Part shown: one piece after another, positions 10,085 to 21,915 of the stretch
Layout of the letters: each line of letters starts with the position of its first letter
How positions within the stretch are numbered: the first letter of the stretch is position 1
Origin: an uncultured Peptococcaceae bacterium
Lineage (GTDB): Bacteria; Bacillota; Peptococcia; DRI-13
Assembly: GCA_964637385.1 (NCBI GenBank)
Contig: CAZWTM010000002.1
Span: 30,150-94,149, forward strand
Direction of reading: 5' to 3'
DNA length: 64,000 nucleotides
The notes under the pieces: model-generated
Database searches by the model: none
The model's input: the letters and a program-made list of their open reading frames with translations, nothing else
Told to the model about the DNA's origin: nothing
Position numbers and translations under genes: made by a program

Positions 10085-11692
10085 ATGCAAGAGCAAAACG
10101 TAAATTCATCAGGCCGCAACTATCATTTAACTATCAAAGATGACGGGATTTACTTAAAAATAAGTAAAGAACCCATCCTTTTTCCCGTTGCGCTGGAAGA
10201 TATCTTTATTGATTTTAGAAAGAGAAAAATCCCCTTTGAGGAAAATAAAATAGAAAAAATCTATGAGGCAGCTGATGGAACTGAGCATAAAATTTCCCCT
10301 CTTCTGGATGGTTTATATTTGGATCCCCTGTTTAAAGTAAAGGTGACTCCCGATAAAACAAAAGCTTACCTGCAGGTTTACCCCGCTTTAAATAAACAGC
10401 GCTTTAAAGCAGAAGACATAGCAAAGGTCCTCAGTGAACATGGCATTGTTGAGGGTATCAGAACTGACCTGTTTGCGAAAATTGTTAGTGAACAAGGGGA
10501 ATTCAAGGAATGGTTAATTGCCTCGGGAATTGAATGTAAAAATGGTGAAAACGCTAAACTAATTTATCATTTTAATCCTAAAGGTTTAGATATTAAACCA
10601 CGGGAGTTAGAGGATGGAAGTGTGGATTTTTATAACCTTAATCTGATTCAATTGGTGCAGGCGGGTACCTTACTAGCAGAAAAAATACCTGCTACCCGGG
10701 GCGTAGATGGTAAAAACATTTATGGGGAAAATGTCAAAGCAACAGACGGCAAAGATGTTCGTTTGCCCCTGGGATTGAACACCCAGGCCATTAACAACAA
10801 TACCGCTTTAATTGCTGTAGTCGATGGTCATGTGGTCATGACCAATAATAAAATAAATGTTTTCCCCATTTATGAAGTGCGTGGGGATGTGGACTTTGCT
10901 ACCGGTAATATTAAGTTTCCCGGTAATGTCAAAGTCTATGGCAGTGTCAAGCATGGCTTCCAGATTGAATCCGGGGGAGATGTGGAGATTGCCGGTAATT
11001 TGGAAGGGGAAGTGATTGCTGATGGCCATGTTCAGGTTAAGAAGGGCATTGTCAAAGGTAAGGTCACAGCCAAAGGTTGTGTCTACGCTCGCTCTATTGA
11101 ACACGGCTATATTAACAGCGGTAGTGATGTGATTGTTACTGAGGCCATTATGCACAGTACAGTTCTGGCTTCTCAAAAAATATCCGTAGGGGGTAAAAAA
11201 GGGCTTATTGTTGGAGGTCAGTGCAGTGCTGTCAAGGAAATTATAGCCAAAAATATCGGCTCGAATCTAGCTACTGTCACAACTCTGGAAGTAGGTGTCC
11301 GTCCTGAATTGCGTCAGGAATATAAGGAGATCAGCCAAAAACTTGCACTAAACGCAGAAAACTATGAAAAAGCCCAGAAGGCCCTAAAAATGTTACAGGA
11401 AGTAAAACACAGAATAGGTGAGCTTCCTCCTGATAAAAACAGCTTATTATTAAAACTTATCAGATTACTATATCAAATCACCCAGGAAAATGAAGAACTT
11501 GGCAATAGAAAGGCAAAACTGGAAGAGGTTTTCCAGGATATGGTTAATGCAAGAGTACGAGTAGAAAATACTTTATATCCTGGCGTCGTAATTTTTATCG
11601 GTAAGGCTACTTATACGGTAAGGGATGAATTAAGAAAAGTTGTACTAAAGCTGGATGGTCTTGATGTTAAGCCTTATCCCATAACGGGTTAG
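10085..11692 (+). CDS. FapA/DUF342-like protein (beta-helix repeat protein common after sigD in Clostridia)
   Basis: 535 aa. The central region has repeated G-x-V/I beta-helix-like segments (GNIKFPGNVKVYGSVKHGFQIESGGDVEIAGNLEG...), followed by a C-terminal coiled coil. The family call is from memory of the DUF342 architecture. Confidence 0.65.
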   Translation: MQEQNVNSSGRNYHLTIKDDGIYLKISKEPILFPVALEDIFIDFRKRKIPFEENKIEKIYEAADGTEHKISPLLDGLYLDPLFKVKVTPDKTKAYLQVYPALNKQRFKAEDIAKVLSEHGIVEGIRTDLFAKIVSEQGEFKEWLIASGIECKNGENAKLIYHFNPKGLDIKPRELEDGSVDFYNLNLIQLVQAGTLLAEKIPATRGVDGKNIYGENVKATDGKDVRLPLGLNTQAINNNTALIAVVDGHVVMTNNKINVFPIYEVRGDVDFATGNIKFPGNVKVYGSVKHGFQIESGGDVEIAGNLEGEVIADGHVQVKKGIVKGKVTAKGCVYARSIEHGYINSGSDVIVTEAIMHSTVLASQKISVGGKKGLIVGGQCSAVKEIIAKNIGSNLATVTTLEVGVRPELRQEYKEISQKLALNAENYEKAQKALKMLQEVKHRIGELPPDKNSLLLKLIRLLYQITQENEELGNRKAKLEEVFQDMVNARVRVENTLYPGVVIFIGKATYTVRDELRKVVLKLDGLDVKPYPITG

Positions 11693-11701
11693 GAGGTAAA
11701 G

Positions 11702-12022
11702 ATGATGACTGTCAATCCTGTTGATATGCAAGTATTGGTACCCAGGGTTGGTCAGGTAAATAAAATCCAGAGGAACCTCCAGCAGCAACAGCAATTGGAA
11801 CAACAAGTTCTGGCCCAGGTAGTGCAGCAGGATATCAAAAATAAAATGCAAGCTGTGCAGCAGACAAATTCTACTGAAAACAAAACTGTTTCTAACGATG
11901 GCCAAAAAAAAGAAAAAGGTAATAAAGAACGACCCCGGAACACAAAAAATGATAAAGAAGAAGAGATGGCTACGGTTAACTACCAGGAAAATATTGGAAA
12001 GATTTTTGATATTAAAATTTAG
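11702..12022 (+). CDS. Small Gln/Lys-rich protein, possibly YjfB-like putative motility protein
   Basis: 106 aa with a GGAGG RBS. It has a Q-rich N-terminal half and the C-terminal ending NIGKIFDIKI, which resembles the LGxNIDIK ending of B. subtilis YjfB as I remember it. This similarity is weak. Confidence 0.5.
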   Translation: MMTVNPVDMQVLVPRVGQVNKIQRNLQQQQQLEQQVLAQVVQQDIKNKMQAVQQTNSTENKTVSNDGQKKEKGNKERPRNTKNDKEEEMATVNYQENIGKIFDIKI

Positions 12023-12043
12023 TGTGGGCCCGGAGGTTTTTTC

Positions 12044-12520
12044 ATGACATTTTTAAACATTTTTATTCTAATATGCAATATTCTCCTCGTTGTATTTATT
12101 GGGAGGAAAATGAATACATTACAGAAAATCAACCGAGAAAACAGAATTTTACAAAAAAACATCGAAACCCTGGTAGAGGAAAACAGTAAACTTACCAACC
12201 TGATTTTAGATGAATTAGAAAGTAAACTATCCGAAGCCAGAAAGGCTATGGAATTTTTTGAAAAAAACACTTTAGTGTTACCTGGAAAAGAAGGGAATAT
12301 CGTTACGAAGAAAAGCAAAGTTCCTCCTTCTGTAGAAACACCGCTCATAGATTTAGAAAAAAATCCCTCGAAAAAGCAAGACAAAACTCCTGCAGATTTA
12401 CTGAGAATGGGAATGTCCGTAAGAGAAATTGCTGAAAAACTGAATATGACTCAGGGTGAAATTGCCCTCAAACTGAGTTTACAGGAGAAAATGGAAAACT
12501 ATAAATCTAATGCCAAATAA
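12044..12520 (+). CDS. Hypothetical membrane-anchored protein with a C-terminal HTH-like segment (same position as swrB in B. subtilis)
   Basis: 158 aa with an N-terminal hydrophobic helix (FLNIFILICNILLVVFIG) and a coiled-coil middle. The C-terminal LLRMGMSVREIAEKLNMTQGEIALKL resembles a sigma region-4/LuxR-type HTH. Confidence 0.55.
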   Translation: MTFLNIFILICNILLVVFIGRKMNTLQKINRENRILQKNIETLVEENSKLTNLILDELESKLSEARKAMEFFEKNTLVLPGKEGNIVTKKSKVPPSVETPLIDLEKNPSKKQDKTPADLLRMGMSVREIAEKLNMTQGEIALKLSLQEKMENYKSNAK

Positions 12521-12534
12521 ATTGCGAAAAACAT

Positions 12535-12563
12535 TTGTCATAAACAATGGTTTTTGTTATACT
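12535..12563 (+). promoter_or_regulatory. Candidate sigma-A promoter for rpsB-tsf
   Basis: TTGTCA, 17-nt spacer, TATACT, about 110 nt upstream of the rpsB start. Confidence 0.5.
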
Positions 12564-12675
12564 AACAATTGGTGTTAAATACACACGCTATTTGATTTAC
12601 TTCATGGTGCCGGTTGGTCTGGAGTAAAAATGAAGATAGCGGCGGAGAAACCTAAAGGGGAAGGAGGTGTAGTAA

Positions 12676-13380
12676 ATGTCTGTTATTTCTATGAAGCAGC
12701 TGTTGGAAGCAGGCGTTCATTTCGGTCACCAAACCCGTCGTTGGAACCCTAAAATGGCACCCTATATTTTCACTGAACGTAATGGCATCTATATTATTGA
12801 TCTGCAGAAAACTGTGAAAAAGGTGGAAGAGGCCTACGAATTTATTCGTAGTGTCGTAGCCGAGGGTAAACATATCCTTTTTGTTGGTACAAAAAAGCAA
12901 GCCCAGGAAACAGTAAAAGAGGAAGCAGAACGCTGCGGTATGTACTACGTTCATGAACGTTGGTTAGGTGGTATGCTCACCAACTACCATACAATTCAAA
13001 AAAGAATTCAATACTTAAAAGAACTGGAAGAGATGGAAAAGAACGGTACATTTGAGGTTCTGCCCAAAAAAGAAGTGGCTAAGCTTTTAGCCGAGAAGGA
13101 AAAGCTGGAAAGATTTCTTGGTGGAATTAAGGATATGCCTGGTCTTCCCGGTGCTTTATTTGTCATAGATCCTCGTAAGGAGCATATAGCAGTAGCCGAG
13201 GCCAGACGTTTGGGTATTCCTATCGTAGCGATTGTCGATACAAACTGTGACCCGGACGAGGTAGACTATGTTATTCCTGGTAACGATGATGCTATTCGTG
13301 CTGTCAAATTATTGACGGCGAAGATCGCTGATGCGGTATTGGAAGCAAATCAGGGGCAAGTCGGTAATGAAGAGGAGTAA
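12676..13380 (+). CDS. rpsB: 30S ribosomal protein S2
   Basis: Highly conserved N-terminus [22 protein letters not shown], and a strong GGAGG RBS. Confidence 0.97.
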   Translation: MSVISMKQLLEAGVHFGHQTRRWNPKMAPYIFTERNGIYIIDLQKTVKKVEEAYEFIRSVVAEGKHILFVGTKKQAQETVKEEAERCGMYYVHERWLGGMLTNYHTIQKRIQYLKELEEMEKNGTFEVLPKKEVAKLLAEKEKLERFLGGIKDMPGLPGALFVIDPRKEHIAVAEARRLGIPIVAIVDTNCDPDEVDYVIPGNDDAIRAVKLLTAKIADAVLEANQGQVGNEEE

Positions 13381-13384
13381 CAAT

Positions 13385-13430
13385 GAGGGGTGACCGAGGG
13401 GTAATTGGTACCCCTAGTCACCTCTTTTTC
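13385..13430 (+). terminator. Intergenic stem-loop with T-run between rpsB and tsf (partial terminator or attenuator)
   Basis: Nested inverted repeats (GGTGAC...GTCACC around GGGGTA...TACCCC) followed by TCTTTTTC. Confidence 0.5.
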
Positions 13431-13503
13431 TTCTGTACTTTAAGTTATATTTAGCTCCCCCGGGAAATACTACTAGTTAAATAGTAACAGGAGGATGTGT
13501 AGT

Positions 13504-15540
<2,037 letters not shown>

Positions 15541-15747
15541 GTGGATAATCGCTTTATTCATTTATTAGGAAAAAGGGAGGAAGAAGCGAAAGCTTTCTTG
15601 GAATCCCAAAATTACTTGTATCAAATAAAACATACGGTAAACCCACGGGATCATATAGGCAATAAGATAAATAGAGTGATTCGGGTTAAACAGAGGAACA
15701 ATGTTGTGGAAGTAGTTGTGGGACTGTTTGAGGCTCCTGTTTTTTAA
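15541..15747 (+). CDS. Small hypothetical protein (68 aa, GTG start)
   Basis: The ORF begins directly after the frr stop and is followed by hairpins and a terminator. I recognised no family. Coding status is uncertain. Confidence 0.35.
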   Translation: MDNRFIHLLGKREEEAKAFLESQNYLYQIKHTVNPRDHIGNKINRVIRVKQRNNVVEVVVGLFEAPVF

Positions 15748-15811
15748 AAGGAGCCCAGGTTTCTAGTGCGTAATTGAATTTGTAAGGCCGCACTAAGATG
15801 AATAAAGAATA

Positions 15812-15835
15812 ACCCCCTCTCTGAGGGGGTTTTCC
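15812..15835 (+). terminator. Rho-independent terminator upstream of uppS
   Basis: ACCCCCTC / GAGGGGGT stem followed by TTTTCC. Confidence 0.65.
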
Positions 15836-15859
15836 TGCATAAGGAGGGAAGAGGCTATC

Positions 15860-16636
15860 GTGAATTCATATTTAACGAGGCTTAGCAAATACTTTTCAAA
15901 GACAGACAAGAAAATAGATATAAACGATTTACAAACGAAGGCTCTACCTCAACATATTGCAATTATCATGGACGGGAACGGACGCTGGGCCAAGAAACGC
16001 GGCCTGCCCCGGACCATAGGACATAGAGCAGGTGTGGAATCATTAAAAAAAATTGTTGAAGCTTGTGGTGAAATTGGCATAAAATATTTAACGGTGTATG
16101 CTTTTTCCACAGAAAACTGGAAACGGCCCAAAGAAGAAGTAGACACGTTGATGAATTTACTCGTTGAATATATCGAAAAAGAACTGGAAACTCTCCAGAG
16201 GAACGGGGTCTGTATTAAACCCATTGGCAATATCTCTGAACTCCCGGAAAATGCCCGGAACCAAATTTATAAATCAATTGAAAAAACTAAAAATAATAAT
16301 AAGCTGTATCTGCAAATAGCTTTAAATTATGGGGGACGCCGGGAATTGGTCCATGCTATTCAGGGTATAGTGAAAGATGTTTTAGAAGGAAAACTGAACC
16401 GTGAGTCTATTGATGAACAGGTGGTTTCCCAGTATCTCTATACGGCCGGTATACCCGACCCTGATTTAATCATCAGACCATCAGGTGAAATGCGCGTAAG
16501 TAACTTTTTATTATGGCAGCTGGCCTATGCAGAATTGTGGGTTACAAATGTTCTCTGGCCGGATTTTGAGCCTGAACACTTATTTCAGGCCATATTTGAT
16601 TATCAACAGCGCCAGCGCCGCTTTGGAGCTTTATGA
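15860..16636 (+). CDS. uppS: Undecaprenyl diphosphate synthase
   Basis: HIAIIMDGNGRWA and FSTENWKRP motifs. GTG start with an AAGGAGGG RBS. Confidence 0.93.
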   Translation: MNSYLTRLSKYFSKTDKKIDINDLQTKALPQHIAIIMDGNGRWAKKRGLPRTIGHRAGVESLKKIVEACGEIGIKYLTVYAFSTENWKRPKEEVDTLMNLLVEYIEKELETLQRNGVCIKPIGNISELPENARNQIYKSIEKTKNNNKLYLQIALNYGGRRELVHAIQGIVKDVLEGKLNRESIDEQVVSQYLYTAGIPDPDLIIRPSGEMRVSNFLLWQLAYAELWVTNVLWPDFEPEHLFQAIFDYQQRQRRFGAL

Positions 16637-16662
16637 TTGACTTTGACTTTATGAAATAAGGG

Positions 16663-17463
16663 TTGGTGACAAGAATGTTATGGCAACGGGTAGTCACTGC
16701 AGTTATTGGGATTCCAGCCTTACTGTATATAGTTTATCTTGGGGGGGTCTACTTTACCTTAGCCATTGCTTTTTTAACTTTACTGGGTATTTGCGAGTAT
16801 AGGAATATTGCCAAAAAAGCCGGGTGGCGATTTTTAAGCATACCTCTATGGCTGGGAGGCTGTATTTTTCCTCTAACCACCCTGTTTAATAAGCCTATAG
16901 CTTCTTTTCTCCTCTTTATTTTTTTTATGTTTTGTTTTATTTATTATCTTTACTACTTTCCCCAATCTTCTCCGGGAGATTTAGCCGTAACAATATTGGG
17001 GATTGTCTATGTAAGCTGGACTTTTAGTCATCTTATCCTGTTACGGCAATTGAGTCACGGCTTTTGGCTTGTGTTATTTGTTTTTGTCATTATTTGGAGT
17101 ACGGATACAGGAGCATATTTTACAGGTATTTTTTTGGGTAAACACAAGTTTGCACCTTCCATAAGTCCCAATAAGACCTGGGAAGGCTTTTTGGGAGGAT
17201 TACTATTTAGTTTATTGGGAGCATATGTTCTTATAAGAAATATAACCATTCCTGACGGCAGGCTTTTCTTACTGATGGCACCTTTTATTTCTCTGGCGGG
17301 ACAGATTGGAGACCTTTTTGAGAGTTCCCTAAAAAGAACAGCCCAGGTTAAGGATTCCAGCCGCATTATCCCCGGTCATGGAGGAATACTGGACCGGTTT
17401 GACAGTACCTTATGGGCGGCACCCCTTACCTACTATTTAATTGTTTTAATGGGATGGCGGTGA
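16663..17463 (+). CDS. cdsA: Phosphatidate cytidylyltransferase
   Basis: Polytopic membrane protein with the CdsA signature SSLKRTAQVKDSSRIIPGHGGILDRFDS. The start may instead be the ATG at 16675. Confidence 0.88.
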   Translation: MVTRMLWQRVVTAVIGIPALLYIVYLGGVYFTLAIAFLTLLGICEYRNIAKKAGWRFLSIPLWLGGCIFPLTTLFNKPIASFLLFIFFMFCFIYYLYYFPQSSPGDLAVTILGIVYVSWTFSHLILLRQLSHGFWLVLFVFVIIWSTDTGAYFTGIFLGKHKFAPSISPNKTWEGFLGGLLFSLLGAYVLIRNITIPDGRLFLLMAPFISLAGQIGDLFESSLKRTAQVKDSSRIIPGHGGILDRFDSTLWAAPLTYYLIVLMGWR

Positions 17464-17469
17464 AAGAGT

Positions 17470-18570
17470 ATGTTTCCGGAACTCCAGCGCTATATCACCC
17501 TGCTTATTAAAATCTCTATTCCCGTTATTATAACCGCTGGTGTATATTTTTTTATACAGTACTTTATTCCCTTAATGTTTAACCTATCCAGTACCCTGTT
17601 ATTGGGGTTTAGCCCTTTTATCCTGGCTTTAATCATCGCCATTCTCATTGATCCCGTTGTGGATTGGCTTGAAAAAAGAAAAGGCATTAAACGGGGAATC
17701 GCCGTTGCCTTCACTTTAATCATCCTGTTGATCTTCATTATTTTAATTTTAATTTTGGTCATTTCCCGTTTGGTCATAGAACTGACTAAACTCTATACAG
17801 ACCTGCCTGGACTCACTCGCCAGATCGTAAACAATACTTTAAAATATATACAAGACATAAGAATTTTTATTACCAACAACCCTTTGCCGCTGGAAGCGCA
17901 AAATGCGTTGCAGGAAAACATTAGAATTGTTATTGATAGGCTTGGTGAAGTTATTTTTAAAACCACAAATCTCCTGATTAGTTTGTTAACAGGATTGCCG
18001 GGTTTTATTACCATTCTAATTGTGGCCGGGCTCGCAACCTTTTTCATCAGCCGGGATAAAACCATTATTACGAAGTTTATTTATGGGCTTATGCCGGAGA
18101 AATTTATTAGACCTACCAGTACAGTGATAGGAGAGTTAAGTGCTGCTCTTGTGGGGTTTTTTAGAGCCCAGACCATTTTGATCAGTATTACTGCCATTCA
18201 GACCATCATTGGTTTATATATCCTGGGTGTAGATTATGCCCTGACTTTAGGCATTATTGTTGGTTTCGTGGATTTACTTCCTGTCCTTGGTCCGGGAACT
18301 GTCTTTATCCCATGGGCAATCATTCATTTTGTCACAGGGGACCTGCGTTTCGGCGCAGCCTTGCTCATTCTTTACGGTATACTTATTGGTGTAAGACAGC
18401 TCATTGAGCCGAAAATCCTGGCGGAAAATATAGGTTTACATCCTTTGGCTACATTGTTAGCCCTCTATTTAGGCCTAAAATTTATTGGTATCTTTGGTAT
18501 TATTATTGGTCCTTTTTTGGTTATAGTGATAAAGGCACTGATTAAAGGATTTACTGTACAAAAATTGTAA
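17470..18570 (+). CDS. AI-2E family transporter / YtvI-like sporulation integral membrane protein
   Basis: 366 aa with about 8 predicted TM helices and the PerM/YtvI-like C-terminal pattern (VDLLPVLGPG..., EPKILAENIGLHPL). Confidence 0.7.
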   Translation: MFPELQRYITLLIKISIPVIITAGVYFFIQYFIPLMFNLSSTLLLGFSPFILALIIAILIDPVVDWLEKRKGIKRGIAVAFTLIILLIFIILILILVISRLVIELTKLYTDLPGLTRQIVNNTLKYIQDIRIFITNNPLPLEAQNALQENIRIVIDRLGEVIFKTTNLLISLLTGLPGFITILIVAGLATFFISRDKTIITKFIYGLMPEKFIRPTSTVIGELSAALVGFFRAQTILISITAIQTIIGLYILGVDYALTLGIIVGFVDLLPVLGPGTVFIPWAIIHFVTGDLRFGAALLILYGILIGVRQLIEPKILAENIGLHPLATLLALYLGLKFIGIFGIIIGPFLVIVIKALIKGFTVQKL

Positions 18571-18591
18571 TAAAAAGAACGGAGATTAATT

Positions 18592-19746
18592 ATGCCCAAA
18601 AAAATTGTCTTATTGGGTTCCACGGGTTCCATAGGTAGACAAGTTTTAGAAGTTGTGGAAAGTTTTCCTGATTCTTTGAAAATTGTAGCGTTAGCGGCGG
18701 GATCCAATGTAGAACTTTTAGGAGAACAGATTAAAAAACATCGGCCTGAATACATTTGTGTCAATTCTCGAGAATCCGCATGTATTTTGAAAGATAGAAT
18801 AAAAGATCCAGTTGAAATATTGGTGGGAAATGAAGGTTTAGTGCATTTGGCCAAACTTACTGGCATAGACTTAGTAATAGTTGCCGTATCTGGAATTGTT
18901 GGGCTAGAGCCAACGCTGGCAGCCTTGGATTCCGGTACACCCGTCGCCTTAGCCAATAAAGAAACCATTGTGGCCGGTGGGCCTCTAGTATTAGAAAAAG
19001 TGCACAAAAAAGGTGTTCCTCTTATTCCCATTGACAGCGAGCATTCCGCAATTTTTCAATGTTTGGAACAAAAAAATAAGGAATCCGTTGATAAAATCAT
19101 CTTAACGGCTTCTGGCGGACCTTTTCTGAAGTATACCAGGGAACAACTGGACAAGGTTACGCCACAAATGGCTTTAAAACATCCCAAGTGGCAAATGGGA
19201 GCGAAAATAACCATAGATTCAGCGGGCTTGGTTAATAAGGGACTGGAGGTTATCGAGGCCCATTGGTTGTTTCAGATCCCCTATGAAAAAATACAAGTGG
19301 TAATACATCCCCAAAGCATTATCCACTCTATGGTTCAATATAGTGATGGATCTGTCTTGGCCCAGCTTGGTTGTCCAGATATGCGTATACCTATTCAATA
19401 TGCTATAACCTATCCAGAACGCTGGCACAATCATTTTCCCAGGTTAGATCTTTTGGAAGTCCAACAGTTGACTTTCCACGAACCTGATTATCAAAAATTC
19501 CCAGGCCTTGCCCTGGCCTACCAGGCCGGTAAGACCGGAGGATCTATGACGGCTGTTTATAACGCTGCCAATGAAGTAGCGGTGGAAATGTTTCTGGCGG
19601 GTGAAATTAGCTTTACCAGGATACCTCACTTAATTGAAGCTGTAATGTCTGAACATATTCCAATAAAGACCATTAGTCTGGAAGATATTTTGGAAATTGA
19701 CGCTTGGGCCCGTACTGCTGCACGTAGAGTTATTCAGAATTTATAA
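18592..19746 (+). CDS. dxr: 1-deoxy-D-xylulose 5-phosphate reductoisomerase
   Basis: LGSTGSIG NADPH motif, LANKE, and DSEHSAIFQC. Confidence 0.95.
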   Translation: MPKKIVLLGSTGSIGRQVLEVVESFPDSLKIVALAAGSNVELLGEQIKKHRPEYICVNSRESACILKDRIKDPVEILVGNEGLVHLAKLTGIDLVIVAVSGIVGLEPTLAALDSGTPVALANKETIVAGGPLVLEKVHKKGVPLIPIDSEHSAIFQCLEQKNKESVDKIILTASGGPFLKYTREQLDKVTPQMALKHPKWQMGAKITIDSAGLVNKGLEVIEAHWLFQIPYEKIQVVIHPQSIIHSMVQYSDGSVLAQLGCPDMRIPIQYAITYPERWHNHFPRLDLLEVQQLTFHEPDYQKFPGLALAYQAGKTGGSMTAVYNAANEVAVEMFLAGEISFTRIPHLIEAVMSEHIPIKTISLEDILEIDAWARTAARRVIQNL

Positions 19747-19761
19747 AAATGGGGTGTTGCT

Positions 19762-20796
19762 GTGCAAACTTTAATTGCCTCTATTCTGGTTTTCGGTATT
19801 ATTATCTTTGTCCACGAATTGGGACACTTTCTTGTGGCCAAAGCTTCAGGTGTTCGCGTAGAAGAGTTTAGTCTGGGTATGGGACCTAAAATAACGGGAG
19901 TAAGAAAAGGAGAGACCCTTTATTCCTTACGATTGTTTCCCATTGGGGGCTTTGTAAAAATGGCGGGAGAAATGGGAGAAGAGGAACCCACAGTTTATGA
20001 TCCCCGCAAGTTTAATCAGAAACCCCTCCTGATTCGTATGGCCGTCATTGTGGCTGGGCCCTTGATGAATTTCGCCCTGGCTGCTTTATTGTTTGCCGCG
20101 GTATTTACCCTGGTAGGCATCCCCCAGCTTACAACAAATATTGGTCAAATCATTGCCAATAGTCCGGCGGAGGCAGCGGGTTTAAAAGCAGGTGATAAAA
20201 TCACCCATATTAATGATGTACCTATGAAATCCTGGAATGAAATGGTGGAAGTGATCCATGCCAGCCCGGAAAAGAAAATAAAACTTACGGTGGTGAGAGA
20301 TAATAATCATTTTAATATTGAAGTAGTACCGAAATATGATCCTGAAGGTAAAGTAGGTATCATTGGCATTACACCCGACAAGCCATACTGGGCCCGTCAG
20401 GGTGTATGGGCAGGAATGAAAGGTGGAATTGTTAAAACCTATGAAATTACCATTTTAACTATTTCCGCGCTTTTACAGATGATAGCAGGAAAAGCATCGG
20501 CGGAGGGACTCACGGGGCCCATAGGAATCGTACAATTAATAGATGAGTCTGCTAAAGTGGGACTTGTTTATCTAACTAATTTAACGGCCGTTATCTCCAT
20601 CAATCTTGGTCTGTTAAATTTACTTCCTATTCCCGCTTTAGACGGCAGCCGCTTATTTTTCCTCTTCATCGAAGGATTAAGGGGCAGACCCATCAATCCA
20701 TCCAAAGAAAACTTTGTTCATTTAATTGGTTTTGCGCTCCTCATGCTTCTGATGGTTCTCGTAACTTATCGTGATTTGCTCAGGTTTTTTGGATAA
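19762..20796 (+). CDS. rseP: Site-2 (RIP) zinc metalloprotease RseP/RasP
   Basis: HELGH zinc motif in TM1, a central PDZ-like segment (AGLKAGDKI) and the NLLPIPALDG motif. Confidence 0.9.
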   Translation: MQTLIASILVFGIIIFVHELGHFLVAKASGVRVEEFSLGMGPKITGVRKGETLYSLRLFPIGGFVKMAGEMGEEEPTVYDPRKFNQKPLLIRMAVIVAGPLMNFALAALLFAAVFTLVGIPQLTTNIGQIIANSPAEAAGLKAGDKITHINDVPMKSWNEMVEVIHASPEKKIKLTVVRDNNHFNIEVVPKYDPEGKVGIIGITPDKPYWARQGVWAGMKGGIVKTYEITILTISALLQMIAGKASAEGLTGPIGIVQLIDESAKVGLVYLTNLTAVISINLGLLNLLPIPALDGSRLFFLFIEGLRGRPINPSKENFVHLIGFALLMLLMVLVTYRDLLRFFG

Positions 20797-20811
20797 GGAG
20801 TTTTTAAGTCT

Positions 20812-21915
20812 ATGGAAGAAGGGAAAACTGAGCTCTTTAAACGCAGAAAAACAAAAAACTTTAAAATCGGTCCTGTAGGCATCGGCCACAACTTTCCCGT
20901 ATCCATTCAATCCATGACTAATACCGACACACGTGATACAGTAGCTACTTTAGAACAAATAAGGCAACTTGCAGAGGCGGGGTGTGAGATCATCCGGGTG
21001 GCTGTACCTGATCAGGAAGCTGCAGCAGCTCTTCGGCAAATAGTAAAGTCATCACCTATCCCGGTAGTGGCCGACATTCATTTTGATTACAAGCTAGCCC
21101 TCACAGCCCTCAAGCATGGTGTCCATGGCCTGAGAATTAACCCCGGAAATATCGGAGCTGAATGGAAAGTACGGGAAGTCGTTACGGCGGCCTTAGAGAG
21201 GAATACTCCCATTCGTATTGGTGTTAACAGTGGTTCCCTGGAAAAATCCGTCTTGGAAAAATATGGTGGCATAACCCCAGAGGCCATGGTGGAAAGTGCT
21301 TTAAAACATGTTCGGATCCTGGAGGAACAAGGTTTTCCCTTGATTAAAGTGTCGTTGAAAGCCTCTTCGGTTCCCTTGATGATCTCCGCTTATCGTCTGT
21401 TTGCCCGGAAAACTGATTACCCCTTACATTTAGGTGTGACAGAGGCGGGCCTGGTGACCCAGGGGACCATTAAGTCTGCTGTAGGCATTGGTACTTTACT
21501 GGCGGAGGGGATAGGAGATACCATTCGAGTGTCCCTTACCGGCCATCCTCTTCCCGAAATAAAAGTTGCCAAGGAGATTCTGAAAACACTGGGCTTAAGA
21601 CAAAAAGGCGTGGAAATCATTTCCTGTCCTACCTGTGGGCGCTGCCGAATTGATTTGGCCAGGATTGCAGCTCAGATTGAAGAAAAAACCCGAGATCTGG
21701 ATATTCCACTAAAAATTGCTGTCATGGGTTGTGCCGTCAATGGTCCCGGTGAAGCTCGAGAAGCAGATCTGGGTGTTGCCGGGGGAGCTGGGGAAGGAAT
21801 TATTTTTGTCAAAGGCAGGATTAAGCGAAAAGTTCATGAAGACATGTTGGTACAAGCCCTTTGGGAAGAAATTGCAGAGATAAAAGAAAAAGGAGAGAAG
21901 GATGATGTACTTTAG
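20812..21915 (+). CDS. ispG: 4-hydroxy-3-methylbut-2-enyl diphosphate synthase
   Basis: VQSMTNT-type N-terminus (IQSMTNTDT), LRINPGN, and C-terminal cluster cysteines CPTCGRC...GCAVNGPGE. Confidence 0.93.
   Translation: MEEGKTELFKRRKTKNFKIGPVGIGHNFPVSIQSMTNTDTRDTVATLEQIRQLAEAGCEIIRVAVPDQEAAAALRQIVKSSPIPVVADIHFDYKLALTALKHGVHGLRINPGNIGAEWKVREVVTAALERNTPIRIGVNSGSLEKSVLEKYGGITPEAMVESALKHVRILEEQGFPLIKVSLKASSVPLMISAYRLFARKTDYPLHLGVTEAGLVTQGTIKSAVGIGTLLAEGIGDTIRVSLTGHPLPEIKVAKEILKTLGLRQKGVEIISCPTCGRCRIDLARIAAQIEEKTRDLDIPLKIAVMGCAVNGPGEAREADLGVAGGAGEGIIFVKGRIKRKVHEDMLVQALWEEIAEIKEKGEKDDVL

Noticed and set aside
1-12520. Searched the flagellar/chemotaxis block for SigD-type promoters (TAAA-N15-GCCGATAT).
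   Set aside because: Only isolated CCGATA strings inside coding regions (for example near 1510 and 6536) were seen, without correctly spaced -35 elements.
18465-19031. 188-aa minus-strand ORF overlapping the ytvI end and the dxr start. Many similar minus-strand ORFs appear in the track, for example 32271-32927, 28726-29070, 12019-12384 and 41749-42012.
   Set aside because: All lie antisense within or across well-supported + strand genes. They have no RBS context and their low-complexity Ser/Pro/Arg-rich translations are typical of shadow frames.
21800-21915. Looked for a T-box leader upstream of proS.
   Set aside because: proS overlaps the end of ispG, so there is no leader. No T-box sequence (AANNNGGGTGGTACCGCG-like) is present anywhere nearby.
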